From a virus (taxonomy: Duplodnaviria > Caudoviricetes): DNA of 64,000 nucleotides. The position numbers and the translations under genes are program-made. How positions within the stretch are numbered: position 1 is the stretch's first letter; every line of letters begins with the position of its first letter. Positions 1 to 9,795 of this stretch are shown in pieces. The notes beneath the pieces are model-generated. The model had not been told where the DNA came from. It searched no databases and saw only the letters and a list, made by a program, of their open reading frames with translations. The stretch covers positions 53,110 through 117,109 of the IMG/VR virus record IMGVR_UViG_3300031555_004942. The stretch is one strand, 5' to 3'.

Positions 1-96
1 GGACACAAGGGTTTGTATATAATTATTTAGAAGGATTAACTGAAAGTCATTATGTAAAAGTAAAATAAAATATAATAAGAAAGGAGTTGAGATAAA

Positions 97-423
97 ATGC
101 AAATAAGACAAAAATATATTATTTTTGACAAACCTACAAATACTCCTTTATCTTATGAAATAGATTTCACAAAATCTGATCTATTAAAAATTCAGGTTAG
201 TGGAGATGGAGAATGTGATATAAAGATTTATGGGAAGATACATCCTAAATCAGAGTATTCCCTAATGAGTATTATTAAAGATTTTGATTATAATTTTATT
301 AATACTATTAATTCAAAAGGTGTATATACAATATCTGCAACAGGATACGATAAACTTAAAATTGAAACAAATAATGCAGATAGCACTTTGACTTGTGTGG
401 CAAGTGAGGTGGTTGAAGTATGA
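97..423 (+). CDS. Hypothetical phage protein (108 aa)
   Basis: ORF with AAGGAG RBS; overlaps the next ORF by 4 nt (ATGA); no recognisable motif. Confidence 0.75.
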   Translation: MQIRQKYIIFDKPTNTPLSYEIDFTKSDLLKIQVSGDGECDIKIYGKIHPKSEYSLMSIIKDFDYNFINTINSKGVYTISATGYDKLKIETNNADSTLTCVASEVVEV

Positions 424-668
424 CAGATATTACAGCACGAGCATTAGCTATGCAAGCAATTAATATGAAAAATATAAATCAGTTTAGTTCAAAAGCTGAA
501 TTTCCAATTATTGGGCAAGAAGGTATTTTATATATAGATGAGATTAATAATCAATTGTATTATTGGAATTTAAATACTCAGAGTTATGCATTATTAATTT
601 CAGGGAATTTAGATATAGAAAATATCTTATCTGGAATAATATTAGATGGTGGTTCATCATCATCTTAA
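420..668 (+). CDS. Small tail-fibre-associated protein (82 aa)
   Basis: FPIIGQEGILYIDEINNQLYYWN resembles the 'FP..G....LY.D.....Y.W' module of Firmicutes phage fibre proteins; ends in ILDGG. Confidence 0.6.
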   Translation: MTDITARALAMQAINMKNINQFSSKAEFPIIGQEGILYIDEINNQLYYWNLNTQSYALLISGNLDIENILSGIILDGGSSSS

Positions 669-692
669 ATTAAAAATATAGGAGGGGGTTTT

Positions 693-3600
693 ATGATAAA
701 TGATTCATATAATCAAATTGATGTAAAAATAGTGCATAAAAATGATACTTATGAAAATTGGACAAAAAACAATCCTGTTTTATTAAATTCAGAGATTGGG
801 TATGATACTACTAATAAAAAAATTAAAATAGGTGACGGTGCGACTAATTGGAATTCTTTACCTTATTATGATGAAGACTATATTAATGAAAAAATTGCAG
901 AATTAGTTGATACAGCACCAGAAACTCTGAATACACTAAATGAACTTGCACGAGCTTTGGGAGATGACCCGAATTTTGCTACAACAATAGCAAACCAGAT
1001 TGGTAACAAAGTAGATAAAATTGAGGGAATGGGTTTATCTGCTAATAATTTTACAAATTCAGAAAAAGAAAAACTTGCTAATTTATCAAAAATTCCTATT
1101 AATAATGGTACTGGCAAAAATAGTATAGTTATAAATGATGGTGAGGCAAATGGAGAATATTCAGTTGCTGGGGGTGTTACAGATAAGAGTGTTATAGAGT
1201 CTCTTGTAGGTAGTGTTGCAGCTTCGTTAGTTAAGGTTGATAAAGCTAAAGCAAATGGAATTATGTCTTTATCTTATGGAGTAAATACAGAAACACAGAC
1301 TTCAGGAAGTATGGCTCTGGGAGTTGATAATATTGTGGGTGTTAAAGGTTATTATTGGCACACAATAGATTTTATAAATAAAACAATAACTCTATCTACT
1401 AATAGACCAACGACATTATCAGGTTCTGTAAAAGCTCCTAGTAATTTAGATTGGGAAGTTGGTGACTACATATCAATTACCAATGAAAGTAACTATCCAT
1501 TCTGTACCAAGATTACCGCAATTACAGGCAATATTATTACTGTTGAATCATTGCCGTTTAAGAGTAATCCATATGATACAAAAAAAACAATACTTGGTCA
1601 AGAGGTAATAGTTTATCCTGCAGTATATGCCACTCCATACAATAGAACTATTTATGCAGTATATCGAGATGAATATATATCTGTTCTTGATAAAACTATA
1701 GAACATTGGGCTTTTAGAAATGGTATTGTAGAGTTAGGTTTTGGTGGAACGGCTATTGGTGCTTTAAATAAAGTGTCTGGATTGGTGGCATCTGCAAAAG
1801 GCTTTGAAAACTTTGCAGTTGGAGACTATTCTGAAGTTTCTGGATCACATAATATTGCTGGAGAATATGCTTCTGCAAGAGGATTTTGGACTAAAGCATT
1901 AGGTCGATTTTCAACAACTGATGGTAGAGGTACTGAAGCTTTGGGAGAAGCTCAATATGTTCATGGTAAGTATAATATCCTTGATCCAAGCAATAAATAT
2001 ATCGAGATTGCTGGTAATGGTAAAAATGAAGATAATCGTTCTAATGCTTATACATTAGATTGGAATGGTAATGCATGGTATGCAGGAAATGTTGATGCTA
2101 CAGATGGTAATTTTTCTGGTAATGTATCTGGTACAAACGCAAATTTTAGTGGATATGTAACTGATGGCTCTGGTAATAGACTAATAGATTCAAATACTGC
2201 AATAAATAATGCGGCTAAATGTTTTGGAGAAGAAGTTTTAATTAATGGCGATAATTATGTAGAGTATTTTAATGCTCTTGGCATTAAAGATTATTCTATT
2301 ACAGGAAATGGAGCTGTGACTACTTATGATGAATCTACAAATTCTTATTACCTGCCTATAACTTGTGGAGTTAAAGAAAATATAAAAGCTGTTGATGGAG
2401 ATAAATATTTATTGATTGAGTCTCCTACTGCCGCTATAGCACATCGCTTTATTCATTTATTACGAAATGATAATACAAATATAGTAGAGATAGGTCATTC
2501 GTATACTTTTACTGCATGGTGTAAGACAAAGAAAGGCACTAATACTGTTAAAACACATATTAGTTCATCAGCATTAAGTACAAATACAATTATGCCAACT
2601 CAAACAAAAGCTTCAGCCGTAACTATCAATAGTAATGAATGGACAAAAGTTATTGGAACTTTTAATATTATAGAGGCAACTGGAGATAAAACTCAAAATA
2701 ATGGATTTCATTTAGGAGTTGAATTTACATCTTCTAATTTTAGTGATATATATATAGATAATTATTGTCTTGTAGATAATGAAAATCCTGATGTGAATTT
2801 GCTTGAACATAGTATTGCTAAAACTAACAGTAAATATGTAAAGTGTGATTATATGTTTGAAGGCATTAATGGGACTATAGATGGACTAGTTAATGGTACT
2901 GCTTCTTTTGTAGAAGGTGGTACTGCTGATTATATTCCATCTTCTGTTACAGTTAATATTCCTGTAGATGCGGAGACTTTTACAGGCACATTAAATTATG
3001 TTAACGATAGTTTGCCTGAATTACCCGCATTTTTTGGATATACATCTACGTATACACTGGAAACAACATCTGACGTAATATTTGATCTAGTATGCTACAG
3101 TAAGATAAATTCCCCTACAAAAGTATCCCAGCTTGAAAATGACATAGGCTATCTTACAGAGCATCAGGACATATCGGGAAAAGCTGATGTAAACCATAAG
3201 CACCCTGAGTATTTAACCGAACATCAAGATATATCAATAAAAGCTGATATAGACCATACTCATACAGGGGAGCAGGTAAATGTGACATTGGAAATACTTG
3301 ATGATAACAGAGAACCTACAGGCGAATCATCAACAATATCTTTGAACGAATTTGTAAATCAGGTGGTTTTATTAGAGGGTAGAACTATTATTGAAGGTAT
3401 AATCAATGAGATTGACATCATAAATACCGATAAAGTGAACAAGTCAGAGTTGGAGACAAAGGCAGACAAGACTATCATACAAACTGATACCGAAGCGACA
3501 GAATATGCATTTGACTTTTCTGATATGTATAACAAGGAAATGAGATTGCAATCAGCATCTTCTATAAGTATTAAATTTGCAGACAATGAGTATGCGAATG

Positions 3601-3830
3601 ACTATATCTCAGGGTTGAGCTTTAACAGTGGTGAAACACCTACAGGATTTGATTATGCTGATAGTGGTATCATAAATTGGGTGGGAACAGATTGTGTAAA
3701 GAATGGAGATCTCTCTATATTCCAACCGTCTGCCAATACTCATTATGACATTGTGTTTTATTTTAATGGTGTGCAGTTTATAGGACTAGTAAACGGCTTT
3801 GTACCTGCAATAGGAAATGAGGCGGTATAA
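693..3830 (+). CDS. Tail fibre / receptor-binding protein (Mtd/hyaluronidase-type N-terminus, YadA-like repeats, CBM-like domain)
   Basis: NPVLLNSEIGYDTTNKKIKIGDG..WNSLPY; APETLNTLNELARALGDDPNFATT; KVDK..G.GLS.N.FT..EK.KL; Gly/Ala repeats (A.G..S.A.G); YTFTAWCKT...NEWTKVIGTF...IYIDN jelly-roll; two YLTEHQDIS repeats; GGAGG RBS. Confidence 0.8.
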   Translation: MINDSYNQIDVKIVHKNDTYENWTKNNPVLLNSEIGYDTTNKKIKIGDGATNWNSLPYYDEDYINEKIAELVDTAPETLNTLNELARALGDDPNFATTIANQIGNKVDKIEGMGLSANNFTNSEKEKLANLSKIPINNGTGKNSIVINDGEANGEYSVAGGVTDKSVIESLVGSVAASLVKVDKAKANGIMSLSYGVNTETQTSGSMALGVDNIVGVKGYYWHTIDFINKTITLSTNRPTTLSGSVKAPSNLDWEVGDYISITNESNYPFCTKITAITGNIITVESLPFKSNPYDTKKTILGQEVIVYPAVYATPYNRTIYAVYRDEYISVLDKTIEHWAFRNGIVELGFGGTAIGALNKVSGLVASAKGFENFAVGDYSEVSGSHNIAGEYASARGFWTKALGRFSTTDGRGTEALGEAQYVHGKYNILDPSNKYIEIAGNGKNEDNRSNAYTLDWNGNAWYAGNVDATDGNFSGNVSGTNANFSGYVTDGSGNRLIDSNTAINNAAKCFGEEVLINGDNYVEYFNALGIKDYSITGNGAVTTYDESTNSYYLPITCGVKENIKAVDGDKYLLIESPTAAIAHRFIHLLRNDNTNIVEIGHSYTFTAWCKTKKGTNTVKTHISSSALSTNTIMPTQTKASAVTINSNEWTKVIGTFNIIEATGDKTQNNGFHLGVEFTSSNFSDIYIDNYCLVDNENPDVNLLEHSIAKTNSKYVKCDYMFEGINGTIDGLVNGTASFVEGGTADYIPSSVTVNIPVDAETFTGTLNYVNDSLPELPAFFGYTSTYTLETTSDVIFDLVCYSKINSPTKVSQLENDIGYLTEHQDISGKADVNHKHPEYLTEHQDISIKADIDHTHTGEQVNVTLEILDDNREPTGESSTISLNEFVNQVVLLEGRTIIEGIINEIDIINTDKVNKSELETKADKTIIQTDTEATEYAFDFSDMYNKEMRLQSASSISIKFADNEYANDYISGLSFNSGETPTGFDYADSGIINWVGTDCVKNGDLSIFQPSANTHYDIVFYFNGVQFIGLVNGFVPAIGNEAV
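3150..3265 (+). repeat. Tandem 20-aa repeat YLTEHQDIS.KAD..H.H in the tail fibre
   Basis: Two copies starting at 3150 and 3210 (60-nt period), each with an HxH motif. Confidence 0.8.
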
Positions 3831-5437
3831 TGACATATTTACAGAAAAAGAAACTTGCCTTTATGAGTATAGTAAATCAGATTAAAGGCTTTGTAAGAAC
3901 TGTATCAGGAGTACCCCCTTTGATATTGTCTGATTGTGTAGATAATGACAGCCTTATCAATTACACAATAGACGGAAACAGCATACAAAACGGAACTCCC
4001 ACACCTGATACTCCTGTTGAGGTTGAGAGTGTGGGAGAAAAGACAAAGAATATAGTTAGAGATTATGTATATGTAGACCAAACGACACGTTATAACTCAC
4101 CTTTACATGCGAAAAATTCGTTTACACTTAAGCAAGGGGTAACGTATACTATTTCATTTGATACTCCTAATACTATGAAGAATGTAGCATACGCACAATA
4201 TGCGTATACTGAAGAAGGGTTGAAAACAGTATTATTAAATGGCACAAGGCAGTCAATAACTGTAACACCTACAAAAGATATGACATCAGCAACAATACTT
4301 GTAGTAACATCTGTCGTTTCTGAAGGTGACAGTACAGGATTGTGTAGTAATTGCATGATTGAAGAAGGTAGTACCGCTACCGATTATGAGCCATACGGAT
4401 ACAAAATCCCTGTTGTATGTAGTGGTAAGAATTTGTTTGATAAAGATAATTTTACTCCTAGCATGACTAATGGCACACGTACAAAAAACGGCTACGATTA
4501 TACAGTTATAGGCAATAAAGGGAATGAGGCATCAGCATCATCTGGAAGTTTTAATGTAAGATTCTCTGAAGGTATTATAACACCAACTAAAAACCTCACT
4601 GTATCAGTCTATATAACAATGTTAGAATATGGTGGCATTGGCGACAAAATAAGATTATGGACGGTTAGCGGTAGTTCGGCAAAACAACATACTTTTGCTT
4701 CAAAAACTGTTTCTTTAAATGAGAGACTTCGACTATCTTGGACTTATACGAATGTTGACTATGAGATTGATGCATTATGGTTTTATGTCAATGGTAATAA
4801 GTTATTAATCGAAATGGACACCCTACAGATTGAAACAAATGATGTTATGACCGATTATGAGCCTTATTACCTGCCTATTACAACTAACATCTATCTTGAT
4901 GAACCCCTTCGTAAAATCGGTGACTATGCGGACTATGTTGATTTTGAAAATCGGAAGGTTGTAAAAAATGTATCCGAAACAATTTTGAAAGGCACAGAGG
5001 ATTGTTATTCATCAGGGATAGGAAGTACAAATGAAAGGATAATTTATGATTTATCTGTATTCAACGGGTTAAAAGGGAATGGAAATACACCAAGCTTATG
5101 TACACACACAAAAACCACAATTGATGCAAATGTTGGTTGGGCAGGCACAAAATTTGTAATGCAGGTAGCTAATGCAGATGTCCGTTTCTATCGTCCTTTT
5201 TATTGTGAAATAACTGAATTTACTGAGAAAACACCTTTTGAATGGAAACAATACCTTGCACGATTGTACGCTGAAGGAAATCCTTTCAAGGTTTATAGTG
5301 TACGAAGTGAAACCTCAGAGGAAACCATTAACTTACCCAAACTACCCTCATTTAAAGGCACAACCGTCTACACAATCAAAACAAGTGTGCAACCATCAGA
5401 AATGAGTGCGACATATTATGCTATGAATAAGGAGTGA
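3830..5437 (+). CDS. Putative tail/receptor-binding accessory protein with two carbohydrate-binding-like modules
   Basis: GNSIQNGTPTPDTPVEVESVG, GKNLFD and twice-repeated (M/Q)IE.....TDYEPY, typical of Firmicutes phage fibre/baseplate proteins; coupled to the upstream gene (TAATG). Confidence 0.65.
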   Translation: MTYLQKKKLAFMSIVNQIKGFVRTVSGVPPLILSDCVDNDSLINYTIDGNSIQNGTPTPDTPVEVESVGEKTKNIVRDYVYVDQTTRYNSPLHAKNSFTLKQGVTYTISFDTPNTMKNVAYAQYAYTEEGLKTVLLNGTRQSITVTPTKDMTSATILVVTSVVSEGDSTGLCSNCMIEEGSTATDYEPYGYKIPVVCSGKNLFDKDNFTPSMTNGTRTKNGYDYTVIGNKGNEASASSGSFNVRFSEGIITPTKNLTVSVYITMLEYGGIGDKIRLWTVSGSSAKQHTFASKTVSLNERLRLSWTYTNVDYEIDALWFYVNGNKLLIEMDTLQIETNDVMTDYEPYYLPITTNIYLDEPLRKIGDYADYVDFENRKVVKNVSETILKGTEDCYSSGIGSTNERIIYDLSVFNGLKGNGNTPSLCTHTKTTIDANVGWAGTKFVMQVANADVRFYRPFYCEITEFTEKTPFEWKQYLARLYAEGNPFKVYSVRSETSEETINLPKLPSFKGTTVYTIKTSVQPSEMSATYYAMNKE

Positions 5438-5442
5438 TATAA

Positions 5443-5706
5443 ATGGAACTTTATAAGTTTATAAGCGAAACAGAGATTAAGAAGTATAAAGGTGGATTTG
5501 TTGTTGTAGATAATACAATATACACAAATCCCAAAGAAGAAATAATAAGGATGGCAGGATATAAAGAATTAATTGATACACCTATCCCTGAATATAATCC
5601 TGAAATAGAATATATTGTATTAACATATCAGGATGGTGAAAAAATTACTCCTTGTTATACTGTAAATCAAATAGAGTTCATGGAAGAATTAGAAGTAATA
5701 GAATAA
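5443..5706 (+). CDS. Small fibre-associated hypothetical protein (87 aa)
   Basis: AAGGAG RBS; NP..E....AGYKEL.....PEYNPE motif common downstream of phage fibre genes. Confidence 0.65.
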   Translation: MELYKFISETEIKKYKGGFVVVDNTIYTNPKEEIIRMAGYKELIDTPIPEYNPEIEYIVLTYQDGEKITPCYTVNQIEFMEELEVIE

Positions 5707-5782
5707 TAAAAACTGAATTTTATTGTATAATATAGCACAACATATAGTGTATGATTTTATTTTCATACACTATATATAGTTG
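5706..5782 (+). promoter_or_regulatory. Composite element copy 1: ATAAAA-N6-TTTTAT plus tandem NrdR-like boxes
   Basis: ATAAAA ACTGAA TTTTAT (5706-5723); GCACAACATATAGTGT (5735-5750); ACACTATATATAGTTG (5767-5782); box spacing 32 bp. Confidence 0.75.
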
Positions 5783-5821
5783 TGATTTTGAAATGTTTTA
5801 AAGGAGAAAGAGGTGAAAAAT

Positions 5822-7114
5822 ATGCCTAAAAAAAGTCAAAAAGTAGAAACAGTTGGAATAAATGAAGTAAAACGAAAGTTAGGACCAATGGGGAAAAAAA
5901 TAAAAGAATTTTATAGAAACCAAGATGATGTTATTGGGACATATTTTTCTCCACAATCAGAAAAAATAAAAGAAGATAGAAAAATATGTACTATGTGTAA
6001 TAAACCTTTACCTGCAGGTGATTTTTGGCAAAGTTTTTCATATATTAATTCTGCAAGAACAGATATTGATAGTAAGATGCATTTACCTGTATGTAAAGCA
6101 TGTTCTCAGAAGTTATTTGATTATTATTACGAAAAAGTACATCATAAATCCTATGTAAAAGCAATGGAACATGTATGTTGTGATTTGAATTTATATTGGG
6201 ATATAGATATATTCAATGCTTGTAAAGAAGTGTATGAGCATAACCAGAGAAAACTACATATATTGTCTGAGTATGTAGGTGCTTTAAGTAGAAGAAGTGC
6301 TAATTTTATCGGACAGACTTATTGGGATAGTCCTACAATAGTGAATAGAAATATAACTATTGTTCAAGGACAGAATCAAGATTTTGAAAAAAAACTCATT
6401 AATCCTGAGGATAATCCTGAATTATTAAAGGATGGATGGGATACCCCTTTAGATTGGGAAAGGGAAGATGCAGAAAATAGAAAAAAAATTATACGTGTAT
6501 ATAGATATGATCCGTTTGAATATGAAACGGACGAAGATAAAAAATCACTTTATAGGGATTTAGCAGCAATGTTAGATGATGCAATGGAAGATGATTTTGT
6601 TAAATCTAGAGGTGCTTTAGAAGTAGTTAGAGGTTTTAATAGAATAGAAAAATTAGGTAAAAAAATAGCAATATTAGAAAAAGAAGAAGCTGAGGCAAAT
6701 GTTATTCAAAGATATGTTGATATGAAAACTAAAGAACGTGCTTCCATTACAGCATATTGTAAAGATAATGGTTTTGCTGCAAGCTATGGAACAAAAAAAG
6801 CAAAAGGTGCAGGAACATTATCAGGAATTATGAATGAAATGAATGAAAAACAATATGAAAGAGGTATTTTAAATAGGTTTGATGTTAAAACAAGTGAAAG
6901 TATTCAACAAGCAGCTAATGCATCTGTAAGAGCTATTTTTGACCAATTAAATATTGGAGGTAATGAACAATATACTATTATTCAACAGCAAAGAGATTTG
7001 ATTTCAAGTTTGCAAAAAAAACTAGATAATGCTGAAGAAGATTTAAGAAAAGCTGAATGTAAAATAGTTGAATTAAAATTAAATAAACAATTGGAGGAAT
7101 CTGAAGATGATTAA
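5822..7114 (+). CDS. Zn-finger protein preceding TerL; probable terminase small subunit
   Basis: CTMC...CKAC zinc motif; C-terminal coiled coil; overlaps the terL start; ATG 5822 follows GAGGTG (ORF-track GTG start is 5813). Confidence 0.55.
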   Translation: MPKKSQKVETVGINEVKRKLGPMGKKIKEFYRNQDDVIGTYFSPQSEKIKEDRKICTMCNKPLPAGDFWQSFSYINSARTDIDSKMHLPVCKACSQKLFDYYYEKVHHKSYVKAMEHVCCDLNLYWDIDIFNACKEVYEHNQRKLHILSEYVGALSRRSANFIGQTYWDSPTIVNRNITIVQGQNQDFEKKLINPEDNPELLKDGWDTPLDWEREDAENRKKIIRVYRYDPFEYETDEDKKSLYRDLAAMLDDAMEDDFVKSRGALEVVRGFNRIEKLGKKIAILEKEEAEANVIQRYVDMKTKERASITAYCKDNGFAASYGTKKAKGAGTLSGIMNEMNEKQYERGILNRFDVKTSESIQQAANASVRAIFDQLNIGGNEQYTIIQQQRDLISSLQKKLDNAEEDLRKAECKIVELKLNKQLEESEDD

Positions 7115-9428
7115 TGTTATTTTTAATAAGACAGATTATGAGATTTCTCAAAGAAAAATTGATATGTTTGAAAAATATAATAAAGTTATTCAATGGGGAC
7201 GTAGAGAACCAGTTAAATTTATGGAAAAATTTTTTGGACTTCAGTTTACAGACCATCAGAGATATGTATTGTTATCTACATGGAATGCTACATACGCAGT
7301 ATGGCTTATGTCGAGAAATAGTGGCAAAGCTTGTGAACTTTCAACAAAAATATGGACACCAGATAATAATTTTTTGTGCATGAACGACATACATGTAGGA
7401 GATTATGTTTTAGATTATGAAGGCAATCCAACAAAGGTAATAGCTGAAAGTGAAATATTTATGAATGATACATATGATGTATATTTTTCTGATGGAGATA
7501 TTGTTACAGTAAATGATAATCATACATGGTGGATAGGGATAGATGATATTAATTCATTTATACTATGTGATACAAAAAATTTATATGAAATTCTAAAAGA
7601 TGAAAAACATATAATTTTTAATATAGATAAAAAAAGAATTATAGGTGTAAAAAGAGTTCCGACAGCTCCTACTAAATGTATTGAGGTTGATAATGAAACT
7701 CATACATATTTATGTGGAGAAAAAAAAACAGCTACTCATAATTCATATCTTTCAGCACCATATATGATGGCAAGAAGTATTTTAATACCAAATCATAAAA
7801 GTTACATAATGTGTCCGTCTGGTAATCAGGCACAACAAACATTTAGTAAAATAGAAGACTTAGCTAAAAATAAAATTGCTTCTGTACAAGGTGCAACATC
7901 TGTATTCATTAATGAATTAATGAAGGCTAACTCTGGAACTGATGGATTTGTTCATGATAAACATTCTCATTATTGTGAATTATTTAATGGTAGTTCAATT
8001 AGTACTTTGAATAGTATTGCAAAAAATGTTGTGGGTTTTCGTTCTCATCTTAATTTTTATGATGAGGCAGGAAAAGTCGAAAGAGATTTCTTTGATTTAA
8101 CAGAACCATTCTGTACTCAGGATAGAGACTTTATAACTGGTGCTAATTTTAATATAAAGTGTATGCCAAAACAAATGCCTAACCAAATGATTTATGCAAG
8201 TTCTGCAGAAGGTGTTGATAGTAGACTATATGATATTTATAAAGAGAGTGCTTTAAGAATGATTGGTGGAGATATGTCATATTTTTGTTGTGATATAACT
8301 TGTGAATTAAGTCTACATCCATATTTAGATGGTAAACCTTATAGACCATTGTTATCACAAGATGTAATTGATAATGCCTTAAAAATGAATGAATTTAGGG
8401 CAAATCGTGAATATTTCAATAAATTTGATTTATCTGGGGGACAAGATGCATTAGTAAAAAGAACAACTATTATAGCAAATAGTTATGCATATCATCCTAT
8501 CTATAGGAATGATACTAATGAACGTATCTTTTTAATTGCATATGACCCTGCTACAAAGATAGATAACAGTATGATTGGTATAGCAGAACTTATAGAGGAT
8601 GCTGAAAAAGGATTAATGTTAAAAATGGCTAATTTAATTAATTTAATAGAAATTTTGCCGAATGGTGACAAGAAAACTATTCAGAAACCAGAACAGGTAG
8701 AAATATTAAAATCTTTAATTTTAAAATATAATGGACAAGTTCCTGATTATGAAAATCTTAGTTCTTTAACAATAGATGCAGGTTCTGGAGGAGGAGGTTT
8801 TGATATTGCTCAATATCTACTTCGAGATTGGACAGGACCTGATGGAAGAAAACATATTGGTTTTATTGATTTAAATGATAAATATTTAAAATTAGAAAGA
8901 GATAAATTTCCAGGAGCTTCAGATAAATTAACCATGGCTAATTTTACAGGACAAAAAGTAGAAATGTATCAAGCTTGTCAAGATATGATAAACCAAGGAT
9001 TAGTAATGTTTCCAAAAAGTTTAAATTTAAAATTAGAAATGGAATTTGAAGAAGTTAAAGAAGATGGAACTGTTAATATTACTTGTGAAAGAATGAGTTC
9101 TGAAGAGGTAAAAACAATAGTGGAATTTGATATGATGAAAGAAGAACTTGTTGCTATGCAAAAAATTAAACAAGGAAATAATATAAAATTTGATTTATTG
9201 CCAAGTAAAAAAGCAGAATCTATGCATGATGACCGCAGTGACGTATGTGCTATGCTCTGTTGGCAATTATCAAAATTAAGAAAAAATGAATTATTAAATG
9301 TAGAAACAAAAACAGATGGATTTCAAAAATTATTTAATCATGGATTTAAAAAACAATCAACTCCATTTGATTCTCAAACAAATCCTTTTTTAAATGACAG
9401 TAAAAGAAATCCATTTTTAATGAGGTAG
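7107..9428 (+). CDS. terL: Terminase large subunit, intein-containing
   Basis: Adenine-binding Q motif (FTDHQ); Walker A SRNSGK/S split by the intein; Walker B FYDEAG; coupling motif YASSA; RNase H-like nuclease YDPA...IDAGSGGGG...HDDRSD. Confidence 0.93.
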   Translation: MINVIFNKTDYEISQRKIDMFEKYNKVIQWGRREPVKFMEKFFGLQFTDHQRYVLLSTWNATYAVWLMSRNSGKACELSTKIWTPDNNFLCMNDIHVGDYVLDYEGNPTKVIAESEIFMNDTYDVYFSDGDIVTVNDNHTWWIGIDDINSFILCDTKNLYEILKDEKHIIFNIDKKRIIGVKRVPTAPTKCIEVDNETHTYLCGEKKTATHNSYLSAPYMMARSILIPNHKSYIMCPSGNQAQQTFSKIEDLAKNKIASVQGATSVFINELMKANSGTDGFVHDKHSHYCELFNGSSISTLNSIAKNVVGFRSHLNFYDEAGKVERDFFDLTEPFCTQDRDFITGANFNIKCMPKQMPNQMIYASSAEGVDSRLYDIYKESALRMIGGDMSYFCCDITCELSLHPYLDGKPYRPLLSQDVIDNALKMNEFRANREYFNKFDLSGGQDALVKRTTIIANSYAYHPIYRNDTNERIFLIAYDPATKIDNSMIGIAELIEDAEKGLMLKMANLINLIEILPNGDKKTIQKPEQVEILKSLILKYNGQVPDYENLSSLTIDAGSGGGGFDIAQYLLRDWTGPDGRKHIGFIDLNDKYLKLERDKFPGASDKLTMANFTGQKVEMYQACQDMINQGLVMFPKSLNLKLEMEFEEVKEDGTVNITCERMSSEEVKTIVEFDMMKEELVAMQKIKQGNNIKFDLLPSKKAESMHDDRSDVCAMLCWQLSKLRKNELLNVETKTDGFQKLFNHGFKKQSTPFDSQTNPFLNDSKRNPFLMR
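7329..7742 (+). mobile_element. Class 3 mini-intein (138 aa, no homing endonuclease) in the TerL P-loop
   Basis: Starts A-C-ELSTKIWTP after GK; block B NDNHTW; block F PTKCIEVD; block G THN followed by Ser(+1); excision restores SRNSGKS. Confidence 0.9.
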
Positions 9429-9432
9429 TAAT

Positions 9433-9792
9433 ATGATATATAAAATTATAATGGAATTTAAGGATTTAGATATTTTGATTAATAAATTATCTAAAGACTT
9501 TAATATTTTATTTTATAACAATTGTTTATACATATGTTCAAAAAATTTTAAAAAAAAATCTTTAAAGACAATCAAGAGTATTTTAAAAACAGATAATGTT
9601 TTTTTAGTAGATATTAATGAAAGTAATTTGAAGAATGAAAGTGATTACATTCAAAGCTGGTGTAAAAATTATTTCATAGAAAAAGACATTAAAGAGTTTG
9701 AACAAAAAGAACAAGAATTATTAAAACAATATATGTTATGTTTAGATGATTGTGAAAAACAAATTCAAGAAATGATAAAGAAAGGAGGATAA
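9433..9792 (+). CDS. Hypothetical protein (119 aa)
   Basis: ORF between terL and portal with a GAGGT RBS. Confidence 0.7.
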   Translation: MIYKIIMEFKDLDILINKLSKDFNILFYNNCLYICSKNFKKKSLKTIKSILKTDNVFLVDINESNLKNESDYIQSWCKNYFIEKDIKEFEQKEQELLKQYMLCLDDCEKQIQEMIKKGG

Positions 9793-9795
9793 AAT

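Noticed and set aside
693-5437. Diversity-generating retroelement suggested by the Mtd-like N-terminus
   Set aside because: No reverse transcriptase and no TR/VR pair differing at adenines was seen in the window
7332-7742. Intein starting at Cys (class 1)
   Set aside because: Splicing would leave GKAS and break the Walker A motif; the W-C-T signature supports an Ala start
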